Shown here in pieces: positions 22,521 through 34,654 of a stretch of DNA of 64,000 nucleotides. Both the position numbers and the translations under genes were made by a program. Source of the DNA: Ranitomeya imitator (Eukaryota); the NCBI RefSeq assembly GCF_032444005.1, contig NC_091282.1:60636001-60700000 (forward strand), read 5' to 3'. Numbering within the stretch: the stretch's first letter is position 1; every line of letters starts with the position of its first letter. The notes under the pieces were generated by a model. That model ran no database searches, was not told the DNA's origin, and saw only the letters and a list, made by a program, of their open reading frames with translations.

Positions 22521-24088
22521 CAGTCATGGACAAAAATTTTGATAATGAGACAAATATTAATTTTTCCAAAGTCTACTGCTTCATTTTTTCTAATGGCGAT
22601 TTGCATATACTCCTCAATGTCAGAGTGATCAGCTTAACAGCAATTACTGTACTTTCAAAGTCAATATTTGCCCAGAAAATGAACTTTAACCCCCAAAACA
22701 CATTTCAACATCATTGCAGTCCTGCCTTAAAAGGAGCAGCTAACATTGTTTTAGTGATTGATCCATTAACACAGGTGTGGGTGTTGATGAGGACAGGACT
22801 GGCGATCAATCAGTCATGATTAAGTAAGAATGACATCACTGGACACTTTATAAGGAGGCTGGTGCTTGGTATCATTGTTTCTCTTCAGTTAACCATGGTT
22901 ATCTCTAAAGAAACACGTGCAGCCATCATTGCACTGCACAAAAATGGCCTAACAGGGAAGAGTATCGCAGCTACAAAGATTGCACCTCAGTCAACAATCT
23001 ATCGCATCATCAAGAACTTCAAGGAGAGAGCTTCCATTGTTCTCAAAAAGGCTCCAGGGCGCCCAAGAAAGACCATCAAGCGCCAGGACCGTATCTTAAA
23101 ACTGTTTCAGCTGCGGGATCGGACTACCAGCAGTGCCGAGCTTGCTCAGGAATGGCAGCAGGCTGGTGTGAGTGCTTCTGCACGCACTGTGAGGCGGAGA
23201 CTCTTTGAGCAAGGCCTGGTTTCAAGGAGGGCAGCAAAGAAGCCACTTCTCTCCAGAAAATACATCAGGGACCGACTGATATTCTGCAAAAGGTACAGGG
23301 AGTGGACTGCTGAGGACTGGGGCAAAGTCATTTTCTCTGATGAATCCCCTTTTCGATTGTTTGGGACATCTGGAAAACAGCTTATTCAGAGAAGAAGAGG
23401 TGAGCGATACCACCAGTCTTGTCTCATGCCAACTGTAAAGCATTCTGAAACCATTCATGTGTGGGGTTGCTTCTCAGCCAAGGGAATCGGCTCACTCACA
23501 GTCTTGCCTAAAAACACAGCCATGAATAAAGAATGGTACCAGAATGTCCTCCAAGAGCAACTTCTCCCAACCGTCCAAGAGCAGTTTGGCGCCCAACAAT
23601 GCCTTTTCCAGCATGATGGAGCACCTTGCCATAAAGCCAAGGTGATAACTAAATGGCTCATGGAACAAAACATAGAGATTTTGGGTCCATGGCCTGGAAA
23701 CTCCCCAGATCTTAATCCCATTGAGAACTTGTGGTCAATCATCAAGAGACGGTTGGACAAACAAAAACCAACAAATTCTGGCAAAATGCAAGCATTGATT
23801 GTGCAAGAATGGACTGCTATCAGTCAGGATTTGGTCCAGAAGTTGATTGAGCGCATGCCAGGGAGAATTGCAGAGGTCTTGAAGAAGAAGGGTCAACACT
23901 GCAAATATTGACTTGCTGCATTAACTCATTCTAACTGTCAATATAACCTATTGGTGCTCATAATATGATTGCAATTATATTTCTGTATGCGATATAAACA
24001 TCAGACAAACACTAATAAAAACCAGAGGGCAGCAGATCATGTGAAAATATAATTTTGGTGTCATTCTCAAAACTTCTGGCCATGACTG
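22521..24088 (+). mobile_element. Full-length Tc1/mariner element with DD35E transposase (Traveler/TR-like)
   Basis: TA|CAGTCATGGACAAAAATTTT ... AAAACTTCTGGCCATGACTG|TA; short imperfect TIRs; 1568 bp. Confidence 0.93.
22895..23911 (+). CDS. Intact DD35E transposase, 338 aa from the ATG at 22895
   Basis: HTH-type N-term with GRPR, IFSDES, FQHDGAPCH...[11 protein letters not shown]; 35 residues counted between the second D and E. Confidence 0.92.
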   Translation: MVISKETRAAIIALHKNGLTGKSIAATKIAPQSTIYRIIKNFKERASIVLKKAPGRPRKTIKRQDRILKLFQLRDRTTSSAELAQEWQQAGVSASARTVRRRLFEQGLVSRRAAKKPLLSRKYIRDRLIFCKRYREWTAEDWGKVIFSDESPFRLFGTSGKQLIQRRRGERYHQSCLMPTVKHSETIHVWGCFSAKGIGSLTVLPKNTAMNKEWYQNVLQEQLLPTVQEQFGAQQCLFQHDGAPCHKAKVITKWLMEQNIEILGPWPGNSPDLNPIENLWSIIKRRLDKQKPTNSGKMQALIVQEWTAISQDLVQKLIERMPGRIAEVLKKKGQHCKY

Positions 24089-25236
24089 TAGATATAGCCT
24101 AAGCCAAGAAAATCCTTTAAAAGGGGTATTATGAAGTTTCAAAGTTATCCTCAATCTTTAGCATAGGAGATAACTTCCCGATGTTGTGGACCGAATACTG
24201 GTGACCTCAGCGATCCTGAGAATCGGGGCTTTGAAGAGCCCCATGGTGGTCACACTGGCACTCCGATCATTCTGGGTCTGACTTTTTGTGACTTTCTTGC
24301 CCTGGTTTTCATACCTTATGGGTCATAAATTGTGATCTCTGGCAGCGTGTTCTGTGTCGTGGTCAAAGTTGCTGTTTCGCCCCAGCCTTATTCTCGCTTC
24401 AGTGGCTGATTTTATATTTTCAGGTCTACATTTCACTAACAGACAATTTATACCTAGTTATAAAAGAAAAAGCAACAGCATCCAGCCCAAACCAATTACT
24501 TCTCAGGACACGGAACAGAAATGCATGTCCTTTTAGTAACCCTAATAGACACGAGTCCCCTGGCCTGTAATTAAAACCGTCAATTAGTCATGTCGTGGAA
24601 AACCTTTCTGCAGTAGTGTACAATCAGGTCACACCCCGGCCGTCTCGCGCTGCCAGGTTGACGAATGGCCCCCAGCACTGAAGGTGATCCGGCTGTGACA
24701 CTGAACCATGTTTTTCATTTTACAACTATTTGAGCCATGTTATGCAATAAAACGAAAGGAATATGTTGAAGTGTCCAATATTGATGTGGCCTACAGTATG
24801 ATTCATGCTTGTATTGGAAACACTTTCTTATCTTCTATGGTATATAGTACAAGATCATTGGTTTTAATTAACATAATTAGGTCAACTAAAATTGAAAAGA
24901 ATAAGAATCATATTGGATGTAATTCTACTGTAATTAATTAATTAACTATTAAAGGTCTCAGAAACTAGTGCCAATCTGGCAAAACCAAAGTCATATTCTT
25001 AGTCAGCACCATTATCTTAATATAAAACCATTCAGACATCGTTGGCACCCAAATCACTGTATACCATTTAATCTGTAATTCAGTCCTGACATGTGACATA
25101 TATGTACATCACATGTTCCCTGTGGGTGGATGTAATAGAGACTGCAAGCATTGCATCTACTGTAATCCCCTCCCCCCTGCAACAGATGTGTGGACGCACT
25201 ATGTCACTGACGGAATGTATGAGATCTTCAATTTAA

Positions 25237-25504
25237 AGGGATTGTCCAGGCAAAACATATTGATGATATATCAATAGAATAGGTCACCAATATTAGATCG
25301 GTCAGCATGTGACACCCGGTACACCCTCCGATGTTATTTGCGTTGGCGCCAGTAAAACACGTCTCTACTCAATGATATACTGGTTGGGCACTGCAGATTA
25401 GCTCCTATTCTTTTGATAGCAAGGTGGTGTCATATCCTTAAGGATCATTAATTGACCACTTATCCTAAGAAAGGTCATCAATATGCTGTGCCCCAGCAAT
25501 CTAT
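25237..25504. mobile_element. T2/Kolobok-type MITE, degraded
   Basis: TTAA|AGGGATTGTCC ... CAGCAATCTAT|TTAA with inverted ATATTGATGA / TCATCAATAT. Confidence 0.6.
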
Positions 25505-25654
25505 TTAATAGGTTACTCATGGAGGTATGCATTCTTACCATCAGTCCCAAGACAGGAAACAAAAGAAGAGGGGCTTAACAAAGCCACACCCAAAAGTGGT
25601 CATTTTGGAGGAGTTCCTATTTCTTTGGGAGCATTGCATAGGAGTGTGGTTTAA

Positions 25655-25857
25655 CCCTGCTGTTCTGTTGGTCAAAAATGACCGACTTTGAACTTCAATA
25701 TTCTTTAAAATATTCAAGATGCGGCTCTGAAACCCGTGGCCGACCGACCCATCCTCATTTAAGTCAATCAACCACAAGTTTCAGAACCGCATCTTGAACA
25801 CCCCAAAAAATACCAAAGTTCAAAATAGGTCTCCCCAGACCGAACAGAACAGCAGGG
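25655..25857. mobile_element. 203-bp fold-back TTAA-flanked MITE
   Basis: TTAA|CCCTGCTGTTCTGTT ... AACAGAACAGCAGGG|TTAA; inner arms TTCAAGATGCGGCTCTGAAAC / GTTTCAGAACCGCATCTTGAA. Confidence 0.8.
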
Positions 25858-26044
25858 TTAAATGTCCCAAATTAGTGATTGGGAATATTGGTAAGTTATA
25901 AACAATATGCTGGAAGTCCCGCAAGCTGCCAACCAGTAGTCCTAAAATGCAATGTTTGGTGGCTTGCTGATGATTACATGAGTCAGGGCAAGCAGCAATC
26001 TAAAGGCAGATGAGCCAGTAAGAAGCCGGCAAGAGGGTTGTTTC

Positions 26045-26357
26045 CAGGGCCGGACTGGCCATTTGGCAATTCTGGCAAATGCCAGAAGGGCCTGTCTGGT
26101 TATGGGTTGCCTTGACTGCTACGTTGCTAACAGAATCGGTGTTCTCAAGACACTCATACTGTTAAGAGTAGTGACGGAGAACAAAGTTGCTGACTCCATC
26201 ACTTACCCCAGCAGGTCACAGGTATCATTAGAAATATTGATCTTGTAGTAAACCTTGCTTTCCTCCATCCAGGGTAATATTAGTAATATATCCCATTGAG
26301 CATGGCCCTGTGTAATTTCAAATGCCAGGGCTGAATTTCAGCCCCAGTCCGTACCTG
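26045..26357. mobile_element. hAT-type MITE
   Basis: TIR CAGGGCCGGACTGG / CCAGTCCGTACCTG; exact 8-bp TSD GTTGTTTC. Confidence 0.9.
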
Positions 26358-27276
26358 GTTGTTTCCATACAGATATGCACAGTGGGCTGTGACTTATTTT
26401 ACAGTCCATTATACAATGGTATGAAGCTTCCTTTCTTATCTCCATGGGTTCCGCTCATTGTCATCTCGACCTGCTCTCATTTCTGACCATTTCCAATTCT
26501 CTCCGGCTTATGGTAAACAGATTCAAATAAATAACCAATAACATGGCCGAGAACGAAAATTTTCTCCCTGGTTTCTATTAAATGACAATATTATGCAGAG
26601 CAGCGGGATTCCATTAAAGATTTAGTCGCCTTCTTCGGCAAGCGCTGCAATGCAATCATTCAAATTCCATTTAAGATGTTGAAAGGAATTAAGTGCGGAG
26701 GAAAGATCATTATATATCAGGGAGCAATTTTCTAATATAATGTTATGGACTAATAAATTGCAGGAGTCAGTTCAACTTTTCAGACTCGTGTTCAATTACT
26801 GGAATAAATGCATGTGTGAGGCTAATGTGTAATATCTGGCTCTTTACAAAACCACGGCACGGAACAGTGGGGGTGATGTAGGGGAACAATGTTCTTCTTT
26901 CATCTTCTTAAGCCACATTTAACATGAACAAAGTTGAAAATGGTGGAAATAAGGACAAAAATGGTGACTGTAATGTAGATATTCTCTATCAATACTAGGT
27001 CCTTATCTATGCCTGTATATTATCCTATGCATGGTTACAGGTACTTACATGCCACACCATCATGACGTTTTTATGTCCCTGTTATTTTGCAAATATTTGA
27101 GCAATTGTTTCTCACCAATTCTCAGTTCTTTATGTATTCATATCAGGATCATCCATATATAAAGTACCCATAGATAGCTACACTATATAAGACAACATGT
27201 GTCCATTTGAATGAGACTCTGGTTTGAATGGGTCAGATATTGACTTAGGTAGCTACCTACAGGTATCAGTAGCAAG

Positions 27277-27960
27277 TAGTGTTGAGCATTCCGATACTGC
27301 AAGTATCGGGTATCGGCCGATATTTGCTGTATCAGAATTCCAATACCGAGTTCCGATATTTTTGTGATATCGGAAATCGGAATCAGCGTGTGCAGTGCGT
27401 ATGGTTCCCAGGGCCTGAAGGAGAGGAAACTCTCCTTCAGGCCCTGGGATCCATATTAATGTAAAAAATAAAGAATAAAAATAATAAATATGGATATACT
27501 GACCCCTCCGAAGGACCCTGGCTGTCACTGCTGCGAGCGTCTGCCTCCGTTCCCGAGAATTGCAGAGAGTGAAGGACCTTCGATGACGTCTTGGTCACAT
27601 GAGCGGTCACGTGAGCGGTCACGTGAGCGGTCAGGTGACCGCGACGTCATCGAAGGTCCTTCACTCTCTGCAATTCTCGGGAACAGAGGAAGATGCTCGC
27701 AGTGGTGACAGCCAGGGTCCTTCGGAGGGGTGAGTTTATCCATATTTATTATTTTTATTCTTTATTTTTTACATTATTATGGATTCCAGGGCCTGAAAGA
27801 GAGTTTCCTCTCCTTCAGACCTTGGGAACCATGCAGGATACATTCCGATATTTGTGTCCCTTTGACTTGTATTGGTATCGGGTATCGGCGAGATCCGATA
27901 TTTGGCCGGTATCGGCCGATACCGATACTTTCAAATATCGGAAGGTATCGCTCAACACTA
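27277..27960. mobile_element. hAT-type MITE with long central palindrome
   Basis: TIR TAGTGTTGAGC / GCTCAACACTA; TSD GTAGCAAG/GTAGCGAG (7/8); inverted arms ~27400-27590 versus ~27620-27830. Confidence 0.9.
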
Positions 27961-28083
27961 GTAGCGAGACAACAGTGGCCAATTTCGCAAACAGAAACAG
28001 TATCCACAATGATATGTAGAGTTTTAATACTAATAGTTAGCTAAAAGCTTTACTTCCTAAAATGAATGACTAGTGTATGCATA

Positions 28084-29560
28084 CAGCAGGTGAAATAAGT
28101 ATTGAACACGTCATCAATTTTCTAAGTAAATATATTTCTATAGGCACTATAAACATGAAATTCTCACCATATGTTGAAAACAACCCATTCAATCAACACA
28201 GACATAGAAATTAAATAATAGATGTACATACATTAAGTTATGGGTAATAGTGAGAAATGACGGAAAATGTATTGAAGACACGAAGAAAGAGGGGAGCAAA
28301 AAGCCTTGGGAAGTCATGACAGCAGTTGAAATTTATCAGTGTCTCATTACCAAGGTGACACACAAGAAACATCTCAATAGGTAAAAAGCAGTCTCAAGAC
28401 CTTCTTAACCTTATTGTTGCAAAACATACTGATGGCATTGGTAACAGAAGAATTTCTAAACTACTGAAGGCTCCAGGGAGCACTGTTGGGGACATAATAA
28501 TGAAGTGGAAAGAATATTTTTTCACCATAAATCAGCCCAAATGAGGTATTCCTCTCAAGATTTCTAACAGAGGAATGAAAATAAGTTTCAGAAGACTTGT
28601 CCAAGAGCCAAGGACCAGCTGTGGAGAGCTACAGAAAGACAATTGTTTCAAAGTATACCATAAGTAATGCATTCAACCTCCATGGTCGGTAGGCACACTC
28701 ACCACGCAAGACTCCATTGCTGAACAAAAAGCAGGTTCAAGAGCGTTTAAAGGTTACTCAACAACATGTAGAGAAGCCTGTGAAATACTGGGAGAAATAA
28801 GTCTGATCAGATGAGACAAAAATTAAACTCTTTGGATGCCATAATACAGACCATGTTTGTTGGGCAAAATACATAGCACATCATCCCAAAAACACCAATA
28901 GTGAAGGTTGGTGGTAGGCTGTGGGGCTGTTTTTAAGCATATGGCACTGGCAAACTTTATGTGATTGAAGAAAGGTTGAATGGACAAATGTATTGAGACA
29001 TTATTGGAAAAAAAATGCTGTCATCTAACAGGCTGATGAAAATGAAACAAGGGTGGACACTTCAGCAAGACAGTGATCCCAAACACACAGCCAAGGAAGC
29101 TCTCAACTGGTTTCAGAGAAAGAAAAAATAAATGCCAGAATGGCTCAGCCAATCACCTGACCTGAATCCAATAGAAAATGTATGGAAGGAACTAAATAAA
29201 GCTCAGAGTTTTTAAAAGGAGCCCACAAGACCTTCAGGATTTGAACAGTGTTTGTGTGGAGAAATGGGACAAAATCAAACCTGAGCAATGAATGCAGCTC
29301 GTTTCTCCATACACGAGAAGCCTTGAAGTTGTCATTACAAACAAAGCTTTTGTATGAAGTAAGAAATTTCAGTGTGTTCAGTACTTTTTCCCTGTGTCAT
29401 TTTTCATTATTACACTTAACTTCTGGAAATCTATGGTTTGATTTTTGTCTGTATGGACTCGATGGGTTGTTACCGACATCTGGTGAAAATTTCATGCCAA
29501 TGTCACCTTTTGAAATATATTTGCTTAGAAAATTTTTGACGTATTCAATACTTATTTTCC
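28084..29560 (+). mobile_element. Heavily decayed Tc1 element
   Basis: TA|CAGCAGGTGAAATAAGTATTGAACAC and inverted GTATTCAATACTTATTTT at the right; transposase relics ([30 protein letters not shown]) ~28377-29361 with many stops. Confidence 0.85.
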
Positions 29561-29562
29561 AG

Positions 29563-29602
<40 letters not shown>
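29563..29602. repeat. (CT)n(TA)n microsatellite
   Basis: Directly visible. Confidence 0.95.
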
Positions 29603-30531
29603 CAGTACAGACCAAAAGTTTGGACACATCTTCTCATTTAAAGATTTTTCTGTAGTTTCATGACTATAAAAATTGTAAATTCACACTGAAGGCATCAAAA
29701 CTATGAATTAACACATGTGGAATTATATACTTAACAAAAAAGTGTGAAACAACTGAAAATATGTCTTATATTCTAGGTTCTTCAGAGTAGCTGCTAGGAA
29801 ACCACTGCTAAGGACAGGCAACAAGCAGAAGAGACTTGTTTGGGCTAAAGAACACAAGGAATGGACATTAGACCAGTGGAAATCTGTGCTTTGGTCTGAT
29901 GAGTCCAAATTTGAGATCTTTGGTTCCAACCACCGTGTCTTTGTGCGATGCAGAAAAGGTGAACGGATGGGCTCTACATGCCTGGTTCCCACCGTGAAGC
30001 ATGGAGGAGGAGGTGTGATGGTGTGGGGGTGCTTTGCTGGTGACATTGTTGGGTATTCATTCAAAATTGATGATATACTGAACCAGCATGGCTGTGTAAG
30101 GGCTATTTCACCAAGAAGGAGAGTGATGGGGTGCTACACCTGATGACCTGGCCTCCACACTCACCAGACCTGAACCCAATCAAGATGGTTTGGGGTGAGC
30201 TAGACCGCAGAGTGAAGGCAAAAGGGCCAACAAGTGCTAAGCATCTCTGGGAGCTCCTTAAAGATTGTTGGAAGACCATTCCCGGTGACTACCTCTTGAA
30301 GCTCATCAAGAGAATGCCAAGAGTGTGCAAAGCAGTAATGAAAGCAAAAGGTGGCTACTTTGAACAACCTAGAATATAAGACATAATTTCAGTTGTTTCA
30401 AACTTTTTTGTATATAATTATGTGTTAATTCATAGTTTTGATGCCTTCAGTGTGAATTTACAATTTTTATAGTCATTAAAACACAGATAAAATCTTTAAA
30501 TGAGAAGGTGTGTCCAAACTTTTGGTCTGTA

Positions 30532-30534
<3 letters not shown>
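29603..30534 (+). mobile_element. Internally deleted Tc1 element with ~190-bp TIRs
   Basis: CAGTACAGACCAAAAGTTTGGACAC / GTGTCCAAACTTTTGGTCTGTACTG; fragments LWSDESK..VKHGGGG and SPDLNPIK (E to K); TA-run flanks. Confidence 0.92.

Positions 30535-30594
<60 letters not shown>
30535..30594. repeat. (TA)n microsatellite
   Basis: Directly visible. Confidence 0.95.
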
Positions 30595-30597
<3 letters not shown>

Positions 30598-31881
30598 AAG
30601 CCAGGTAGGACAAGGTTAGGTCCCAACTCTGCAGGATTTGATCAGAGGCGCCTGCATAGATTTTGACTAGAAGCAGGAAGTAGTTTCACTTGGTGGGCAG
30701 TGTGCTGGGGAATTGAGCAGGGTGTAGATTCTGCTGGGGGCTGCAGGTGCCTTTTGTTGCTGACTAAACTGAGCCAGGTGAAGTGCCAGGATTGCAGCAT
30801 GAGCGAGAGACTGTGGTCTGTGTCTGACAGGAGAGGTGAAAAGAACTCTTGGTGCTGATCTTTCCAACAGAACTTGTGAGACAGCTGACCATTTATCTGA
30901 ATGGGTGAGCCCATATGTGCATGTGGACTGTTTATTTTGTTCCTTTATGTCGGAGGCGGCGTACATGGAGGATGTTGCCCCTGTTTGCTTTTGTTACAAT
31001 AAATACCAGGCCAATTATATAACAACTCTATAGCATTTTTCTATCAGGTCTGCATTGTGCACTCTTCTCACAAATTGCATAAATACATTGACAAGTGATT
31101 GTTGCCTTTCCCCTTGTCGGTAGTCTAACACTGTCAGCACAGATATAACAGTGCCAGAACGCCTAAAGACATGTCCTACTCACAATGCAAATTCGGACTC
31201 CCAATCATCAATTTATTTATGCGTTTTCACGAGGAATAACAGAGAAATGGCAACTGCTAAAATTATAGTAAAAAATGTTATCAAGAATTGTTAATTAATG
31301 AAAAATGCAAAAATTTGCTACAAGACGTCGATAGAGCCGCTCTTTAACCACATAAGCAACTATGAGGTTAATCAGTAAGGGAGCGGGCAGATCTGCGGAG
31401 CGGTGTTGGATGCAGCATCTATTACTTGAGTGAGCTTGACCTTCTTCCCGACTGAGGATAACAACGAAACAGCACATTAAACCTAAGGCCCTTCAGCAAA
31501 AATGGAAAGAAAGGGAAGACACTGAAGCAAAATAACAAGATGGAAAAAAAAACGGCAAAAGATAAGTGCTTAAAATATTGCCGGATCAGTTCGGATCTCA
31601 TTACAATGGACCATTAAGACTGCATCATTAACTTACACGAGCAGCTATAAGTGGATGGGTGTTTCTGCAGTGCTAGAATGAATCTGAATATAGTTATATT
31701 CTAATAGAAGGTAATGTGTTCATTCCAGCGCCGAGATAATGAACAAATAGTGCGCCTGCTACATTTCAAGTTACATACCGTGCAAAAGGTTTGTTTAAAG
31801 GATTGTAAAAATGAGACTTTAAGTTTCTGCCCCCAAATCATTTCTTCTTATTCCCAGAAGAGAAGATGAGCTTTTCATTTC

Positions 31882-33384
31882 TATCTTGAGTTAAATAAGA
31901 TTAAAATAGATAAATCTCCGGGTCCGGATGGCATACACCCACGAGTACTAAGAGAACTAAGTAATGTAATAGATAAACCATTATTTCTTATTTTTAGGGA
32001 CTCTATAGCGACAGGATCTGTTCCGCAGGATTGGCGCATAGCAAATGTGGTGCCAATATTCAAAAAGGGCTCTAAAAGTGAACCTGGAAATTATAGGCCA
32101 GTAAGTCTAACCTCTATTGTTGGTAAAATATTTGAAGGGTTTCTGAGGGATGTTATTCTGGATTATCTCAATGAGAATAACTGTTTAACTCCATATCAGC
32201 ATGGGTTTATGAGAAATCGCTCCTGTCAAACCAATCTAATCAGTTTTTATGAAGAGGTAAGCTATAGGCTGGACCACGGTGAGTCATTGGACGTGGTATA
32301 TCTCGATTTTTCCAAAGCGTTTGATACCGTGCCGCACAAGAGGTTGGTACACAAAATGAGAATGCTTGATCTGGGGGAAAATGTGTGTAAATGGGTTAGT
32401 AACTGGCTTAGTGATAGAAAGCAGAGGGTGGTTATAAATGGTATAGTCTCTAACTGGGTCGCTGTGACCAGTGGGGTACCGCAGGGGTCAGTATTGGGAC
32501 CTGTTCTCTTCAACATATTCATTAATGATCTGGTAGAAGGTTTACACAGTAAAATATCGATATTTGCAGATGATACAAAACTATGTAAAGCAGTTAATAG
32601 AAGAGAAGATAGTATTCTGCTACAGATTGATCTGGATAAATTGGAAACTTGGGCTGAAAGGTGGCAGATGAGGTTTAACAATGATAAATGTAAGGTTATA
32701 CACATGGAAAGAAGGAATCAATATCACCATTACACACTGAACGGGAAACCACTGGGTAAATCTGACAGGGAGAAGGACTTGGGGATCCTAGTTAATGATA
32801 AACTTACCTGGAGCAGCCAGTGCCAGGCAGCAGCTGCCAAGGCAAACAGGATCATGGGGTGCATTAAAAGAGGTCTGGATACACATGATGAGAGCATTAT
32901 ACTGCCTCTGTACAAATCCCTAGTTAGACCGCACATGGAGTACTGTGTCCAGTTTTGGGCACCGATGCTCAGGAAGGATATAATGGAACTAGAGAGAGTA
33001 CAAAGGAGGGCAACAAAATTAATAAAGGGGATGGGAGAACTACAATACCCAGATAGATTAGCGAAATTAGGATTATTTAGTCTAGAAAAAAGACGACTGA
33101 GGGGCGATCTAATAACCATGTATAAGTATATAAGGGGACAATACAAATATCTCGCTGAGGATCTGTTTATACCAATGAAGGTGACGGGCACAAGGGGGCA
33201 TTCTTTGCGTCTGGAGGAGAGAAGGTTTTTCCACCAACATAGAAGAGGATTCTTTACTGTTAGGGCAGTGAGAATCTGGAATTGCTTGCCTGAGGAGGTG
33301 GTGATGGCGAACTCAGTCGAGGGGTTCAAGAGAGGCCTGGATGTCTTCCTGGAGCAGAACAATATTGTATCATACAATTATTAG
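31882..33384 (+). CDS. CR1 ORF2 fragment (reverse transcriptase and C-terminus), uninterrupted but 5'-truncated
   Basis: KSPGPDG, NYRPVSL, YLDFSKAFD, GVPQGSVLGP, IFADD; frame open from 31882 to the stop at 33384. Confidence 0.88.
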   Translation, partial: YLELNKIKIDKSPGPDGIHPRVLRELSNVIDKPLFLIFRDSIATGSVPQDWRIANVVPIFKKGSKSEPGNYRPVSLTSIVGKIFEGFLRDVILDYLNENNCLTPYQHGFMRNRSCQTNLISFYEEVSYRLDHGESLDVVYLDFSKAFDTVPHKRLVHKMRMLDLGENVCKWVSNWLSDRKQRVVINGIVSNWVAVTSGVPQGSVLGPVLFNIFINDLVEGLHSKISIFADDTKLCKAVNRREDSILLQIDLDKLETWAERWQMRFNNDKCKVIHMERRNQYHHYTLNGKPLGKSDREKDLGILVNDKLTWSSQCQAAAAKANRIMGCIKRGLDTHDESIILPLYKSLVRPHMEYCVQFWAPMLRKDIMELERVQRRATKLIKGMGELQYPDRLAKLGLFSLEKRRLRGDLITMYKYIRGQYKYLAEDLFIPMKVTGTRGHSLRLEERRFFHQHRRGFFTVRAVRIWNCLPEEVVMANSVEGFKRGLDVFLEQNNIVSYNY

Positions 33385-33496
33385 GTTCTGTAGAAGGACG
33401 TAGATCTGGGGATTTATTATCATGGAATATAGGCTGAACTGGATGGACAAATGTCTTTTTTCAGCCTTACTAACTATGTTACTATGTTACTATGTT
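31882..33496 (+). mobile_element. 5'-truncated CR1 LINE
   Basis: ORF2 3' part plus short 3'UTR ending in (ACTATGTT)x3. Confidence 0.93.
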
Positions 33497-34654
33497 GAGT
33501 TCTTTTTCTACATGCTATTATACTATAAAATCATATATATAATGTTGGCAGATATCCAACAAATACAGACTTATTTGTGTGCAGGAGGAGTTTACACTTT
33601 ACTGACAGTAGATGGCAATGTTCTTACTGTTATATGCTTAGTTGAATGTAATGCATATACTTGTTGTACTTTGGTTTCATTTACTCTCTGGTAAAAGGTC
33701 CTTCAGACTTCCTGTTATGCTGTATTGAGAAGCTGATGCATGTACTTCATGTTCTGTGTAGAAAAAAGTTGAATTACCCCATATAATCTACTCTCACAAG
33801 TTTCTTCTGCTGCCATCTATGCAACAGATAATACTCTATTAACCCTAAATATGAAGGAATTACGTGCATTAAATGTATTGCCTAACCTGTGAAATATACA
33901 GTATACTGCATATATGGAAAGCATAGCTGTAGTTTAAAGTGACTCTTCAAAATAAGCTGTCATGTGTGAAAATGAGAACTTACACTATTTCTGACCTCTT
34001 ATATGACTTGTATCCTGCATTTTTCACCATTTTCCCTCTCTGCAAGCTTGATCACTTTCAGTTGTCTATGAGCTAGTGAGTGGAGACTAGCTACTATGAT
34101 CATGGCTTACAACTGTCCCAGATACAGCGCCACACCCTGTTCACATGTAGCATAAATGCTGCATATTTTCTGCTGCTTTTTTGCACAGAAATTCTGCTGT
34201 TTTTAATTGTCCAAGTAAATCAAATGCGATTTCTTGAAAACTGCGCTCCCTGTGCTTCTAAAGACGCTGCTGAACTATTCTGTTTTAGTGATTTTTTTCT
34301 CTCTTGTCTTCTATGTGGAGCCTTAACAAATCACATGTAAAAAACGGCAGTTGATTTTTTAGTCCAGAATCAACGATTTTCTGTAAAAAAATAAATAAAT
34401 AAATAAAACTGCAGCTTCATATCTGCACCAAAGAGAATCAAATAAAGGGGAAAAGTCATAAAAAATGCCGCATAAATGCAATAACTAGAGAAGATTGTTA
34501 TTATGTAGTTTGCAGAAAACAAAACAGAATTCTATAGCGTTTGAACACGTTCTTACAGACACGAAAAGACAGAAGTCATAAAGTGAAGTTTATGTAAAAA
34601 TGAAAAAAATTATGGCTGCTACAACTATGACTGAGTGAATGAACAAAATATTAA

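Noticed and set aside
22862-22894. 11-aa N-terminal extension in the ORF track
   Set aside because: Depends on a GTG start; the ATG at 22895 in good context (ACCATGG) gives a typical transposase length.
30600-31030. LTR-like relic with AATAAA
   Set aside because: No TG..CA termini, partner LTR or TSD could be identified, so it is not called as a feature.
32262-33377. 147-aa and 215-aa minus-strand ORFs
   Set aside because: Antisense shadows of CR1 ORF2.
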